Below, piece by piece: positions 17,539 through 25,947 of a stretch of 64,000 nucleotides of DNA. Source of the DNA: a virus; IMG/VR virus record IMGVR_UViG_3300027823_000001, positions 1 to 64,000 of that record. One strand, written 5' to 3'. The notes under the pieces are model-generated. The model was not told the DNA's origin. It saw only the letters and a list, made by a program, of their open reading frames with translations, and did no database searches. The position numbers and the translations under genes are program-made. Within the stretch, counting starts at the first letter, position 1; the number at the start of each line of letters is the position of its first letter.

Positions 17539-18413
17539 TGGCCACGCGCATCGTAGGCAAACGTATCAAGGTCGGCGGTGACCCTGCGGAGCTGTACCGT
17601 TTCGAAACGAGTGCTGCCCCACACACGGAGGTTCAGCGTTTCGCGTTCGGCCTCTGGCGCGGCTCGACGGAAACGTCTGTGCGTACCGTCATGAGTGTCA
17701 TCGGCGATGTTCAGCGCGGGCTGCTCGTTGATCTCCCGGTGGAGAGTTTCGACAAGCTCGACGCTGGGATCGCGCAAGTGGAAGCCGCGCTCTTCTCATT
17801 CTCCGATCAGCGCGTCTCCTCATTCTCCGAGTGCGAGCAGTGCGAGCCCTCCGATCCGTGCGCGCCTGAGAGCTGGCAGGTCTCGATTCGCAACCAGCAC
17901 GCGCGCGTGGTCACGAAGACAAAGTTCACCATGGGATGGCTGGGCTCCCACACATGGTGGATGATCGAAGGCGGTTGGCTGACCCCGATCGGAGGGCGCC
18001 CTCTTTCGGAGGGCTACATACAGAAGATGGAAACAGCGACGCTTGTTTCAACCGTTGAGTCCGCTGCAAACAAGGCGTTTGTGAATGAGATCAGGAACGT
18101 CGAGGCGATGCCTAATCGCATCGCCACGAAGATCACCTCGTACCTCGGTCCGAGCATCTCAGACGAAGACATCGCAGCTGGCATCGCCGCCACGTGGAGC
18201 AACCTGCACGCTGAGGAACAGAAGCGCCGCGTGATCGAACAGCGGCGCGCCGAAGAAGTTCGGCTCTTGCTCGCGCAGCAAGAGCATGCGACTCGGCTCA
18301 TCGAAGAAGAACGACAGCGACGGATCGCAGCAGGCGATGTGTCAGCTCTCGACGATCAAGGACTTGCATCAAAGCTTCGTGCTAAGCGCACGAAGGGAAT
18401 GGAACCGTCATGA
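17538..18413 (+). CDS. Hypothetical protein with C-terminal coiled coil
   Basis: 291 aa, coupled between the ATPase and VWA genes. Confidence 0.7.
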   Translation: MATRIVGKRIKVGGDPAELYRFETSAAPHTEVQRFAFGLWRGSTETSVRTVMSVIGDVQRGLLVDLPVESFDKLDAGIAQVEAALFSFSDQRVSSFSECEQCEPSDPCAPESWQVSIRNQHARVVTKTKFTMGWLGSHTWWMIEGGWLTPIGGRPLSEGYIQKMETATLVSTVESAANKAFVNEIRNVEAMPNRIATKITSYLGPSISDEDIAAGIAATWSNLHAEEQKRRVIEQRRAEEVRLLLAQQEHATRLIEEERQRRIAAGDVSALDDQGLASKLRAKRTKGMEPS

Positions 18414-20458
18414 TCCAACACGAGATGGAAAGGCTCGGTCGGCTACTCGCCTACGACCGCGACCTGAAGGTAGATGTGCGAGGCACGCGCGCGTACTCGA
18501 CGCCCGGACGCGTCGTGATCCCCAACGCAGCGAAGTACGAGCACCTTGGCGACAACGCTGAGAGGATGTTGCACGCGCTCCTCGATCACGAGTGCGGTCA
18601 TGCGAAGCACACCGAGCACGCGTTCATGGAGCGCGCGCACAAGCATGGAGGCAGTGCGCTGCACAGCCTGGTGAACGGTCTGGAGGACGGTCGTGTCGAG
18701 CGCTTGATGGGCAACGAGTACATCGGCTGCCGGCAGAACCTGCACGCGAAGAATCGGTGGTTCTGGGAGGATGAGAAGTGGCGGGCAGGCTTTCTCGCGA
18801 AGGACGCGTGGGGCGCGTTTTGCGTCGCCGTGACGTTGCACACGCGGGGCTCGGTGAGCCTCGCAGAGATCGATGCTGCCCGCCCTGAGATCGGGAGCTT
18901 GCTTCGTGTTGCGCTGTCTCTCGGCGTAGATCGTGCGGCAGGGGCAGCATCGACTGCGGAGGTCTACAGGATCGCGCTCGAAGTGTGGGAGCACTTCAAG
19001 CAGCCTCCGCCGCCTCCGCCCGAAGCATCCGATGACGAGTCTGACGAGAACACCGAAGCGGAAGACACCGAAGCGGAAGACACCGAAGCGGAAGACACCG
19101 AAGCGGAAGACACCGAAGCGGAAGACACCGAAGCCGAGGACACCGAAGCCGAGGACACCGAAGGCGACGATACAGATGGTGCTGTTGGCGAAGGCGACGA
19201 CAACGAAGCCGAGGACAGCAACGAAGCCGGCGGTGACGAAGCCGAGGACAGCAACGAAGCCGGCGATGACGACGGCGATGCTGCTGAAGGCGGCGTGAGT
19301 GACGGCGGGCGCATCGACCCGTATGCAGCGCTTCGCGCCCTCGGGCCACTCGACAGTTGGAGCAAGGCGAACAGCGTGGTGGATCCTGAAGAGGCCATCT
19401 GTACGCTCATGGAACAGTCGTACGAAGGGCAGCAGCAGTACCGAGTGTTCTCACACGAGTTCGACATCGAGCGCGACTTCTACGCGCACCCTCTACCCGC
19501 GAGCACCGAGTGCACCGACACGCTGGAAGAGATTGAACACGATGCCATCGAGGCTAGCTCTGCGCTCACGCAAGCGTTCGAGGTCGCGCTGCGTGCGCGT
19601 CGCGAGAAGCGTCCTGTTGGCGGTAACGACGAAGGCGAAGTCGATCTCGACCTGATGGGCGAGTACGCAACAGGGTCTGTGTCGTCCGACACGATCTACC
19701 AGCAGTTCATCTCCGAGGATGATCGCGACGTGACGGTTGCGATCATGCTCGACTGCTCAGGCTCGATGTACTCTCGAAGCCGTCTCGCGAGGCGCACTGC
19801 CTACGCGCTGCATCTTGCGCTGGAAGCCTGCTCGATCCAGCACGAGATCACAGGCTTCACTACCATCTCGTCTGCGGACTTCAGAGAGAAGCTCTGGACG
19901 AGTGATCGGCCTGAACTCGGAGTGCACTTCGCCGCGATGCGCGCTGCCATGATTGAAGCCGAGAAGCACGGGGTGAACCCTATGCTCTTTGCCCGAGAGA
20001 TGTGGCGCGCAGGTGGTAGTAGTAACTCCTTGGCGCTCTCGCCGCTGTTCGTGCCGACGTACGCGGTCTTCAAGCCCTACGGAGTCTCCGACATGCAGGC
20101 ACTGAAGTACGCCCAAGGCATTCACGAAAATCTCGATGGTGAGGCCGTGCTCTGGCAGGCTCGGCGGCTTGCCTCACGACCTGAAAAGCGTCGCGTGATG
20201 TTCGTCCTCTCGGACGGCATGCCCGCAGGCACGCGGGACTCGCGCCTCGGCGTGGAACATCTGAAGGAAAGCGTTCAGCATGTGCTCGACGCAGGGATCG
20301 AGGTGTACGGCATCGGAATCGAAACGACGGCCGTGCAGCACTTCTACCCACGACACTGGGTCGCCAACTCGATCGACGAGCTGATGGCTGTCGCGTTCGC
20401 GAGCTTCGCGCAGGTGCTCACGGAAGGCCGCAGCGAGGTCGAATGCGTGAACTTGTAG
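18410..20458 (+). CDS. CobT-like VWA protein with N-terminal HExxH domain
   Basis: DHECGH...NGLEDGRVE; acidic linker; MIDAS DCSGSM, ENLDGEA, VLSDGMP, GIGI. Confidence 0.88.
   Translation: MIQHEMERLGRLLAYDRDLKVDVRGTRAYSTPGRVVIPNAAKYEHLGDNAERMLHALLDHECGHAKHTEHAFMERAHKHGGSALHSLVNGLEDGRVERLMGNEYIGCRQNLHAKNRWFWEDEKWRAGFLAKDAWGAFCVAVTLHTRGSVSLAEIDAARPEIGSLLRVALSLGVDRAAGAASTAEVYRIALEVWEHFKQPPPPPPEASDDESDENTEAEDTEAEDTEAEDTEAEDTEAEDTEAEDTEAEDTEGDDTDGAVGEGDDNEAEDSNEAGGDEAEDSNEAGDDDGDAAEGGVSDGGRIDPYAALRALGPLDSWSKANSVVDPEEAICTLMEQSYEGQQQYRVFSHEFDIERDFYAHPLPASTECTDTLEEIEHDAIEASSALTQAFEVALRARREKRPVGGNDEGEVDLDLMGEYATGSVSSDTIYQQFISEDDRDVTVAIMLDCSGSMYSRSRLARRTAYALHLALEACSIQHEITGFTTISSADFREKLWTSDRPELGVHFAAMRAAMIEAEKHGVNPMLFAREMWRAGGSSNSLALSPLFVPTYAVFKPYGVSDMQALKYAQGIHENLDGEAVLWQARRLASRPEKRRVMFVLSDGMPAGTRDSRLGVEHLKESVQHVLDAGIEVYGIGIETTAVQHFYPRHWVANSIDELMAVAFASFAQVLTEGRSEVECVNL
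19051..19170 (+). repeat. 15-bp coding tandem repeat (TEAED)
   Basis: 5x CACCGAAGCGGAAGA, 2x CACCGAAGCCGAGGA, 1x CACCGAAGGCGACGA. Confidence 0.95.
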
Positions 20459-22362
20459 CGCCCGTCTCGAACTTCGGATCCTTCGACGACATCGTGTCCA
20501 GGGAAGTGCGCCGCATAGGTCGCGTCCCTGGACACGACACGGAGGACCTGAAGCAAGAGGCGCGCATCGCCGTCGTGAAGGCCCTGTCGCGCTACGATCG
20601 GAAGAGCACAGGGCGCACGTTCATCGCGGTGGCGGTGCGGAACAAGCTGATCAATCTGAAGAGGAACGCGTGCACGAACGGGCGCGTACCTCGCGATGCG
20701 CACGGACGCTTGGCGTCGCTGCACTCGCTCGACACTCCGGTACCTGGCGATGACGGCGAGCAGACCTGGCTCGATCGAATCGCTGATGAAGCATCCGACG
20801 CTGAGGAATCAGCATCTGCGCGCGAACTCGTGCGCGCGTTGGATGAGCGGCTCTCGGCACAGGAGATGTCGCTGCTCGTTACCGCGCTGGTCGAAGGCGC
20901 GAAGATCGGAACGGCTCGCGCCCGAGGCGAGCGAGTGAACGCAGGGGACGTGGATCGCGTGCGAGCAACTGCGCGCGATACGATCGCAAGGCTACTCGGC
21001 CAACGACGGATGTTGACGAGTGATGGACATCGTGTAGATACAAGACCGGAGGAACTGAAGATGACGACGACGAAAGTGACCCTGCCCATAGTGAAGACCG
21101 AAGAACTGCCCGACTGTCACGCGGCTCTGCCCACGGGGCCGGGCTACGACCCTGCCGATCTGCTGTGCCGTGACCAGTGCCGTGATAAGTTCTCGTGCGT
21201 GCGCGACCTTGTGAACGATCGGGCCAAGAACGAGAAGGGCTACACGCTGGCCGTGGACACCGAGGTCCAGGCCGTGCTCTCGGGCACGCTCTCGCACGAC
21301 GACGCCATCGCACGCATGAAGAAGCGCAACGCGATCGTGGAGAGCGGAGGTCAGATCACCGACGCTCTCTCGACGGTGCTGCCGCTCGCGAAGGCGCCTG
21401 CGCCCGCCGTGAAGGCACCTGCGGCGCCCCCGACGCTCGCGCCCGCCGCCGAACCCGCAGCACCCGCTGCGCCTGTTGTGGAGGCTCCTGCGCGCGTCCC
21501 CGAACCCGAACCGACCGACACCAAGACGAGCGACAAGACGAGCGACACCAAGACGAGCGAGGAAGACATGGGCACCAAGACGAGCGAGGAAGACATGGGC
21601 ACCAAGAAGAAGGCCGCCAACAAGCCTGAGAAGGCCGCCAAGAAGAAGGACGCACCGCCGCCTGAGAAGGCCGCCAAGAAGAAGGACGCACCGCCGCCCC
21701 CCAACAAGCCTGAGAAGGCCGCCAAGAAGAAGGACGCACCGCCGCCCCCCAACAAGCCTGAGACGAAGCCCGAGGGCGCCCCGAAGCGCAAGGGCAAGGC
21801 GCCCATCCCCACGGCGAACCGTGTGGCGATCTACGGGGCGGGCAAGGAGCGCTGGCTTCCTCAGCCGCGCGCGCTGACCGAGGATCAGATGGCTGCGGCG
21901 CTCGGGCGCGTGCGCCTCGGGCAGAGCTTCGACCTCGCGATCGGGATGGAGATCGTGCGCAAGAAGCGCGATGGCTCCGAGGTCGTGGTGAAGATCGCGA
22001 AGGATGGCTTCGCGATGGACGGTGTCACCTACCCGTCGCTCTCCGCCGCAGGTCAGTGGGCGTCGCGCCGCGCCGTCTCCGGCAACGACTTCTTCAACGT
22101 CGAGGTTTACTCGTGCACCGAGATCCGGGGCAAGGGCGTGCCACAGGCGGTCTACTCCAAGCAGGGAGAGGGCAAGGCAGCAGTGGTCGGCGCGCACGTC
22201 GAGAAGACGGTGCAGCCGAAGAAGGCCGCCGCACCGAAGGCTGCGAAGAAGGCGACCAAGAAGGATGCGAAGAAGGCGACCAAGAAGGCTGCGAAGAAGG
22301 CGACCAAGAAGGCCGCGCCGCCGCCCCCGAAGGCCGCGAAGAAGGCGACCAAGAAGAAGTGA
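20443..22362 (+). CDS. Sigma-70-like factor fused to Cys-motif / DUF2924-like / histone-H1-like protein
   Basis: Region 2 EDLKQEARIAVVKALSRYD...TFIAVAVRNKLINLKR; SLD; internal GGAGGA + ATG 21061; DGF..DG..Y.SLSA...SG.DFF; KKA/PKK repeats. Confidence 0.75.
   Translation: MRELVAPVSNFGSFDDIVSREVRRIGRVPGHDTEDLKQEARIAVVKALSRYDRKSTGRTFIAVAVRNKLINLKRNACTNGRVPRDAHGRLASLHSLDTPVPGDDGEQTWLDRIADEASDAEESASARELVRALDERLSAQEMSLLVTALVEGAKIGTARARGERVNAGDVDRVRATARDTIARLLGQRRMLTSDGHRVDTRPEELKMTTTKVTLPIVKTEELPDCHAALPTGPGYDPADLLCRDQCRDKFSCVRDLVNDRAKNEKGYTLAVDTEVQAVLSGTLSHDDAIARMKKRNAIVESGGQITDALSTVLPLAKAPAPAVKAPAAPPTLAPAAEPAAPAAPVVEAPARVPEPEPTDTKTSDKTSDTKTSEEDMGTKTSEEDMGTKKKAANKPEKAAKKKDAPPPEKAAKKKDAPPPPNKPEKAAKKKDAPPPPNKPETKPEGAPKRKGKAPIPTANRVAIYGAGKERWLPQPRALTEDQMAAALGRVRLGQSFDLAIGMEIVRKKRDGSEVVVKIAKDGFAMDGVTYPSLSAAGQWASRRAVSGNDFFNVEVYSCTEIRGKGVPQAVYSKQGEGKAAVVGAHVEKTVQPKKAAAPKAAKKATKKDAKKATKKAAKKATKKAAPPPPKAAKKATKKK
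21028..21037 (+). promoter_or_regulatory. CATCGKGTAK motif (intragenic)
   Basis: CATCGTGTAG upstream of GGAGGA and in-frame ATG 21061. Confidence 0.55.
21518..21762 (+). repeat. Coding tandem repeats (TKTSEEDMG x2; PEKAAKKKDAPP x3)
   Basis: 27-bp and 36-48-bp units visible in DNA and protein. Confidence 0.85.
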
Positions 22363-22384
22363 TCAGCTGATCACGCACACGATG

Positions 22385-22420
22385 AAGCCCGCCCAGCAAA
22401 CCAGCTGCGGCGGGCTTTTT
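22385..22420 (+). terminator. Rho-independent terminator
   Basis: AAGCCCGCC...GGCGGGC followed by TTTTT. Confidence 0.8.
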
Positions 22421-22448
22421 CGTTTCTGCTTTTGGGCTTCCCGCACCG

Positions 22449-22458
22449 CATCGGGTAG
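22449..22458 (+). promoter_or_regulatory. CATCGKGTAK motif
   Basis: Just after the terminator, 8 nt before ATG 22467. Confidence 0.65.
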
Positions 22459-22466
22459 ATCACAGT

Positions 22467-22736
22467 ATGTCCCCAGGTTGGATCGTGAACGTTTCACGCG
22501 ACGATGGTACGCACGAGGTCGAGCGCGATCACGCGCCCTGCCTCGTGCTCGACAACGGCGACTTCGTGTTCGAGGTCTGGTTCTGGCATAGCACTCTGCG
22601 CTGCTACTTCTGCCTGACGCGCGGTCCGCACGCAGCCCGCGCGATCGCGCAAGGCGTGATCTACTTCCATCCCGACGACGTACCGCACGCACTGCGCGCT
22701 CGCGTGGAAGCCGCGCAGCTGAAGCTCGCTAGCTGA
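22467..22736 (+). CDS. Hypothetical protein
   Basis: 89 aa; TGATG coupling to the polymerase gene. Confidence 0.65.
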   Translation: MSPGWIVNVSRDDGTHEVERDHAPCLVLDNGDFVFEVWFWHSTLRCYFCLTRGPHAARAIAQGVIYFHPDDVPHALRARVEAAQLKLAS

Positions 22737-24943
22737 TGGGCGAAACACTCACGCTCAACGGAGTCTCTCTGCACTCCGAGACTTGGCGGGACACCGAGCG
22801 CCTCAGCACGAAGCTGGGCATGGTGACCGTGCGCAATACGCTGGTCACCACGTTCGATCAGCTCAACACGATGGCGAGCATTCTGCGAGCTGCGCCACGC
22901 ATCCTCTACGACTCTGAGACGAGTGGCATGAACCCGCATCTCGGAGCACAGATCATCGGTTTCTGTTTCGCAGTGCGCCCGACGGTAGACTACATCGCTT
23001 GTTGGTACGTGCCCGTGCGGCACACGAACGACCTGACGATCCAGCAGCTACCCGTTGAGGCCGTCGTGCGCGTCGTGATCGACATCCTCACTGCGCCGGG
23101 CGAGTGTGGGATGCATAACGACAAGTTCGATCGAGGTCACCTGCGTAAGGAAGGCGTGGTGGTCACGCGCCGCGTGATCGACACAGCGCGCCTCGCCAAC
23201 GCAGCCAACGAGAACGAGCGATCGTTCTCGTTGAAGAACCTCGCCACGCGCTACGTGTTCGATGGCGCCAAGCATGAGGAAGCCGAAGTGTTCGACTTCA
23301 TGCGGCGCGACGCAGCCAAGCTGCGCATCCCGTTCCGCGACCGACGCAAGGACGACGCTGGCGATGAAGAGCCGAGTTACCTAGAGCGCTTCGGGTACGC
23401 GCGCCTGCCCATCGTTCTCTGCGGGCGCTACGGCTGTCGCGACGTGTTCTACACGGCGATGCTGCGCGACTTCTACGCGTGGACGATGGACACGTTTCCG
23501 CGACTCACAGAGCGCGAAGAGCGCGTGAGTGACGCGCTACACGAGATGGAGTGGTACGGGCTACCACTGGACACTGACGAAGTGCGCCGTGCGCAAGGCA
23601 TCGCATCGACGGAGGTGGACTACTACAACGGACAGGTCAGCCGCATGCTCGGCGGCACGTTCGAGATCAACGACAACACGTTGCGTGATCTCTTCTTCAC
23701 GCATCTGAAGATGGAGCCCCCGAAGCTGACCAAGAGCGGAGAGAAAGCGCAGCGCGCGCTGCGCGATGCTGGGGACGACTACGCGCCCGACAAGAAGCAC
23801 TGCGCCGTAGACAAGGAGGTTCGCGAGATCCTTGCCGCGAAGTACCCGCAGCATCGACCACTGATCCTCGCGCTCTCCGGTGAAGCGCGCGCGAAGAAGA
23901 TCGCGACGACGTACACGAGTGCGTTCCTCCGCTACTACTCGCCGACCACGGGCAACATCCATCCGGTCTACAACCAGCTGGAACAGCGCGAAGAGGGCGG
24001 TGTGCCTGTGACGGGGCGCCTGAGTTCAGCGGACCCGAACATTCAGAACATCGCCAAGAAGCCCGTACACCTGCACAGCTGCGGCTGCAAGAAGTGCATC
24101 AAGGCACGCGCCGAAGGGGAGATATGGGATTCGGGTGTAGCAGCTGGTGACGAGGTCTCGCTCTCCGTACGGAGGTACTTCCCAGTGCGTCCGGGCTACG
24201 TGCGCGCGTTCATCGACTTCTCGCAGATCGAGCTGAGGATCCTTGCGTGGCTCTCGCGCGATCCCACGCTGCTGCACTGCTACGCCAACGATCTCGACGT
24301 GCACAAGATCACGAGCGATGAGGTGACGGGCGGTGATCGCGATGTCGCGAAGCAGGTCAACTTCGGCAACAGCTACGGCATGACCGAGCACGGTCTTGCG
24401 AAGCGGATGAATGGCTACGCCAAGAACCCCGATGCGACGAAGGTGCTCGCGAAGGCGTACCTCGAAGCGTTCTTCAGGAAGTACCACGGGATCCCCCGCT
24501 TCAGAGACACGCTTGCTGCGCAGATGCGCAAGCATCCTGAGTGCATGTTCGTCTCTCCGTTTGATCGTCCTCGGCGGATCGTGGAAGTGGGCGCGAAGGA
24601 GCGCTGGATACGCGCGCGCGGCGAACGCATGATGATGAGTTCGATCGTCTCAGGCAGTGCGGCTGACCTGATGAAGGAAGTGCTGGTGATGGTTCATGCG
24701 TGGCTGAAGCAGGCGTGTCCCGAGGTGATCATCAACCAGACGATCCACGACGAGATCATCTACGAGATCCCCGTGCGCTACGCCCACATCCTGCTGCACC
24801 CGATCATGCAGATCACGACGAACTGGCCCATGTTCGAGGTCGGCGGCGTGCCTATTCGCGCGAACTGCGCCGTCACCACAACGACGTGGGAAGACAAGCG
24901 CGAAGTGATCGTGGAGCCTGGCGCGTACCGCTACGCAGCTTGA
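22736..24943 (+). CDS. polA: DNA polymerase family A with 3'-5' exonuclease
   Basis: Exo DSETSG, HNDKFD, YGCRD; TGRLSS..PNIQNI, DFSQIELR, R..AKQVNFG..YG, IHDE. Confidence 0.95.
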   Translation: MGETLTLNGVSLHSETWRDTERLSTKLGMVTVRNTLVTTFDQLNTMASILRAAPRILYDSETSGMNPHLGAQIIGFCFAVRPTVDYIACWYVPVRHTNDLTIQQLPVEAVVRVVIDILTAPGECGMHNDKFDRGHLRKEGVVVTRRVIDTARLANAANENERSFSLKNLATRYVFDGAKHEEAEVFDFMRRDAAKLRIPFRDRRKDDAGDEEPSYLERFGYARLPIVLCGRYGCRDVFYTAMLRDFYAWTMDTFPRLTEREERVSDALHEMEWYGLPLDTDEVRRAQGIASTEVDYYNGQVSRMLGGTFEINDNTLRDLFFTHLKMEPPKLTKSGEKAQRALRDAGDDYAPDKKHCAVDKEVREILAAKYPQHRPLILALSGEARAKKIATTYTSAFLRYYSPTTGNIHPVYNQLEQREEGGVPVTGRLSSADPNIQNIAKKPVHLHSCGCKKCIKARAEGEIWDSGVAAGDEVSLSVRRYFPVRPGYVRAFIDFSQIELRILAWLSRDPTLLHCYANDLDVHKITSDEVTGGDRDVAKQVNFGNSYGMTEHGLAKRMNGYAKNPDATKVLAKAYLEAFFRKYHGIPRFRDTLAAQMRKHPECMFVSPFDRPRRIVEVGAKERWIRARGERMMMSSIVSGSAADLMKEVLVMVHAWLKQACPEVIINQTIHDEIIYEIPVRYAHILLHPIMQITTNWPMFEVGGVPIRANCAVTTTTWEDKREVIVEPGAYRYAA

Positions 24944-24950
24944 TCGATCA

Positions 24951-24960
24951 CATCGGGTAT
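24951..24960 (+). promoter_or_regulatory. CATCGKGTAK motif
   Basis: Intergenic CATCGGGTAT. Confidence 0.65.
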
Positions 24961-24975
24961 AGAGAGAGGAACGGC

Positions 24976-25245
24976 ATGGACAGCTACACCGAACAGATTA
25001 CATCTCTTCTAGGCATGATCGAGAAACACACAGGCGCGCCTGCGTTGCTCACGACCGTACTCGCAGCGTCCGGCACATGCCTCGTGCGCGTGAGCTACTG
25101 CTACCAGTGCGAAGGAAGCCTTGCCTCACGCACGCTGGACACCGACGTGTCAGTCGGGAGTGTTGAGAAACGTCAGGATGCGGTGCTGGTACTGCTCCGA
25201 CGTTCGCTGATGGCTGCCCGAGCCGACGAGAAGGTGACGCGATGA
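24976..25245 (+). CDS. Hypothetical protein
   Basis: GAGGA RBS; ATGA overlap with the next gene. Confidence 0.6.
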   Translation: MDSYTEQITSLLGMIEKHTGAPALLTTVLAASGTCLVRVSYCYQCEGSLASRTLDTDVSVGSVEKRQDAVLVLLRRSLMAARADEKVTR

Positions 25246-25919
25246 GTCTGACTGCTGTTTACGGCACCATGAGCGAGATCGTGAAGAGCTTGAAGCTCCA
25301 CATGCCTGTGAAGGTCACGATCCACGATCCCATCACAGGTCAAGAGGTCCAGCTCGACCGAGAGAACCTGCTGGCGATGCTGGTGATCGACACGCCCAAC
25401 ATCGTCTATGACTCGCAGTGGCTGAGTGCGCTCTACATGGAGATGGCGCGTGCCCGTCGAGCGAGCGAGCGCGCCAGCGCGCACGCTGAACGGCAGTTCG
25501 TGAAGTGGAAGGCGGAGATCGCGTCAATCGCGCGAGCCAAAGCAGACAAGAAGATCACGGGCGCGGAGGCTGAAGAGGCATACCGCACGCACGCCGAGTA
25601 CGAGATGCGCGCGAGCGTGAGTGCCTACTACAAGACGCTCGCGGATCTGTTCGAGGATGCGATGCAGGCGTTCACGCTCAAGGCACGCATGATCGAGGCA
25701 CAGTCTCGCATCCTGAATGGTGACTTCCACGCTCGGCGAGTCGAAGACCACACGAGCGAGAACGAGAAGCCGGGAGGCTACGAGACCACGGCTGAACTCT
25801 CCGAACGCGCAGCGCAGACCATGTTCGCTGCGCAGCCGAAGAATCCCACGCTGCCCGGCTTACCCACGCTGCCTGAACTACCGCCCGCGCCTCCTGCGCG
25901 TGCGCCGCGCAAGATGTGA
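25242..25919 (+). CDS. Helical protein, possible UvsY-like recombination mediator
   Basis: Coiled-coil, K.T..EAE....H.EY pattern; precedes SSB and RecA. Confidence 0.45.
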   Translation: MSLTAVYGTMSEIVKSLKLHMPVKVTIHDPITGQEVQLDRENLLAMLVIDTPNIVYDSQWLSALYMEMARARRASERASAHAERQFVKWKAEIASIARAKADKKITGAEAEEAYRTHAEYEMRASVSAYYKTLADLFEDAMQAFTLKARMIEAQSRILNGDFHARRVEDHTSENEKPGGYETTAELSERAAQTMFAAQPKNPTLPGLPTLPELPPAPPARAPRKM

Positions 25920-25947
25920 TCCTGAGAACGACGAAAGAGAGAATGAG

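Noticed and set aside
19051-19170. Tandem repeat as a possible CRISPR array
   Set aside because: There are no spacers; it is an in-frame 15-bp coding repeat and no cas genes were seen.
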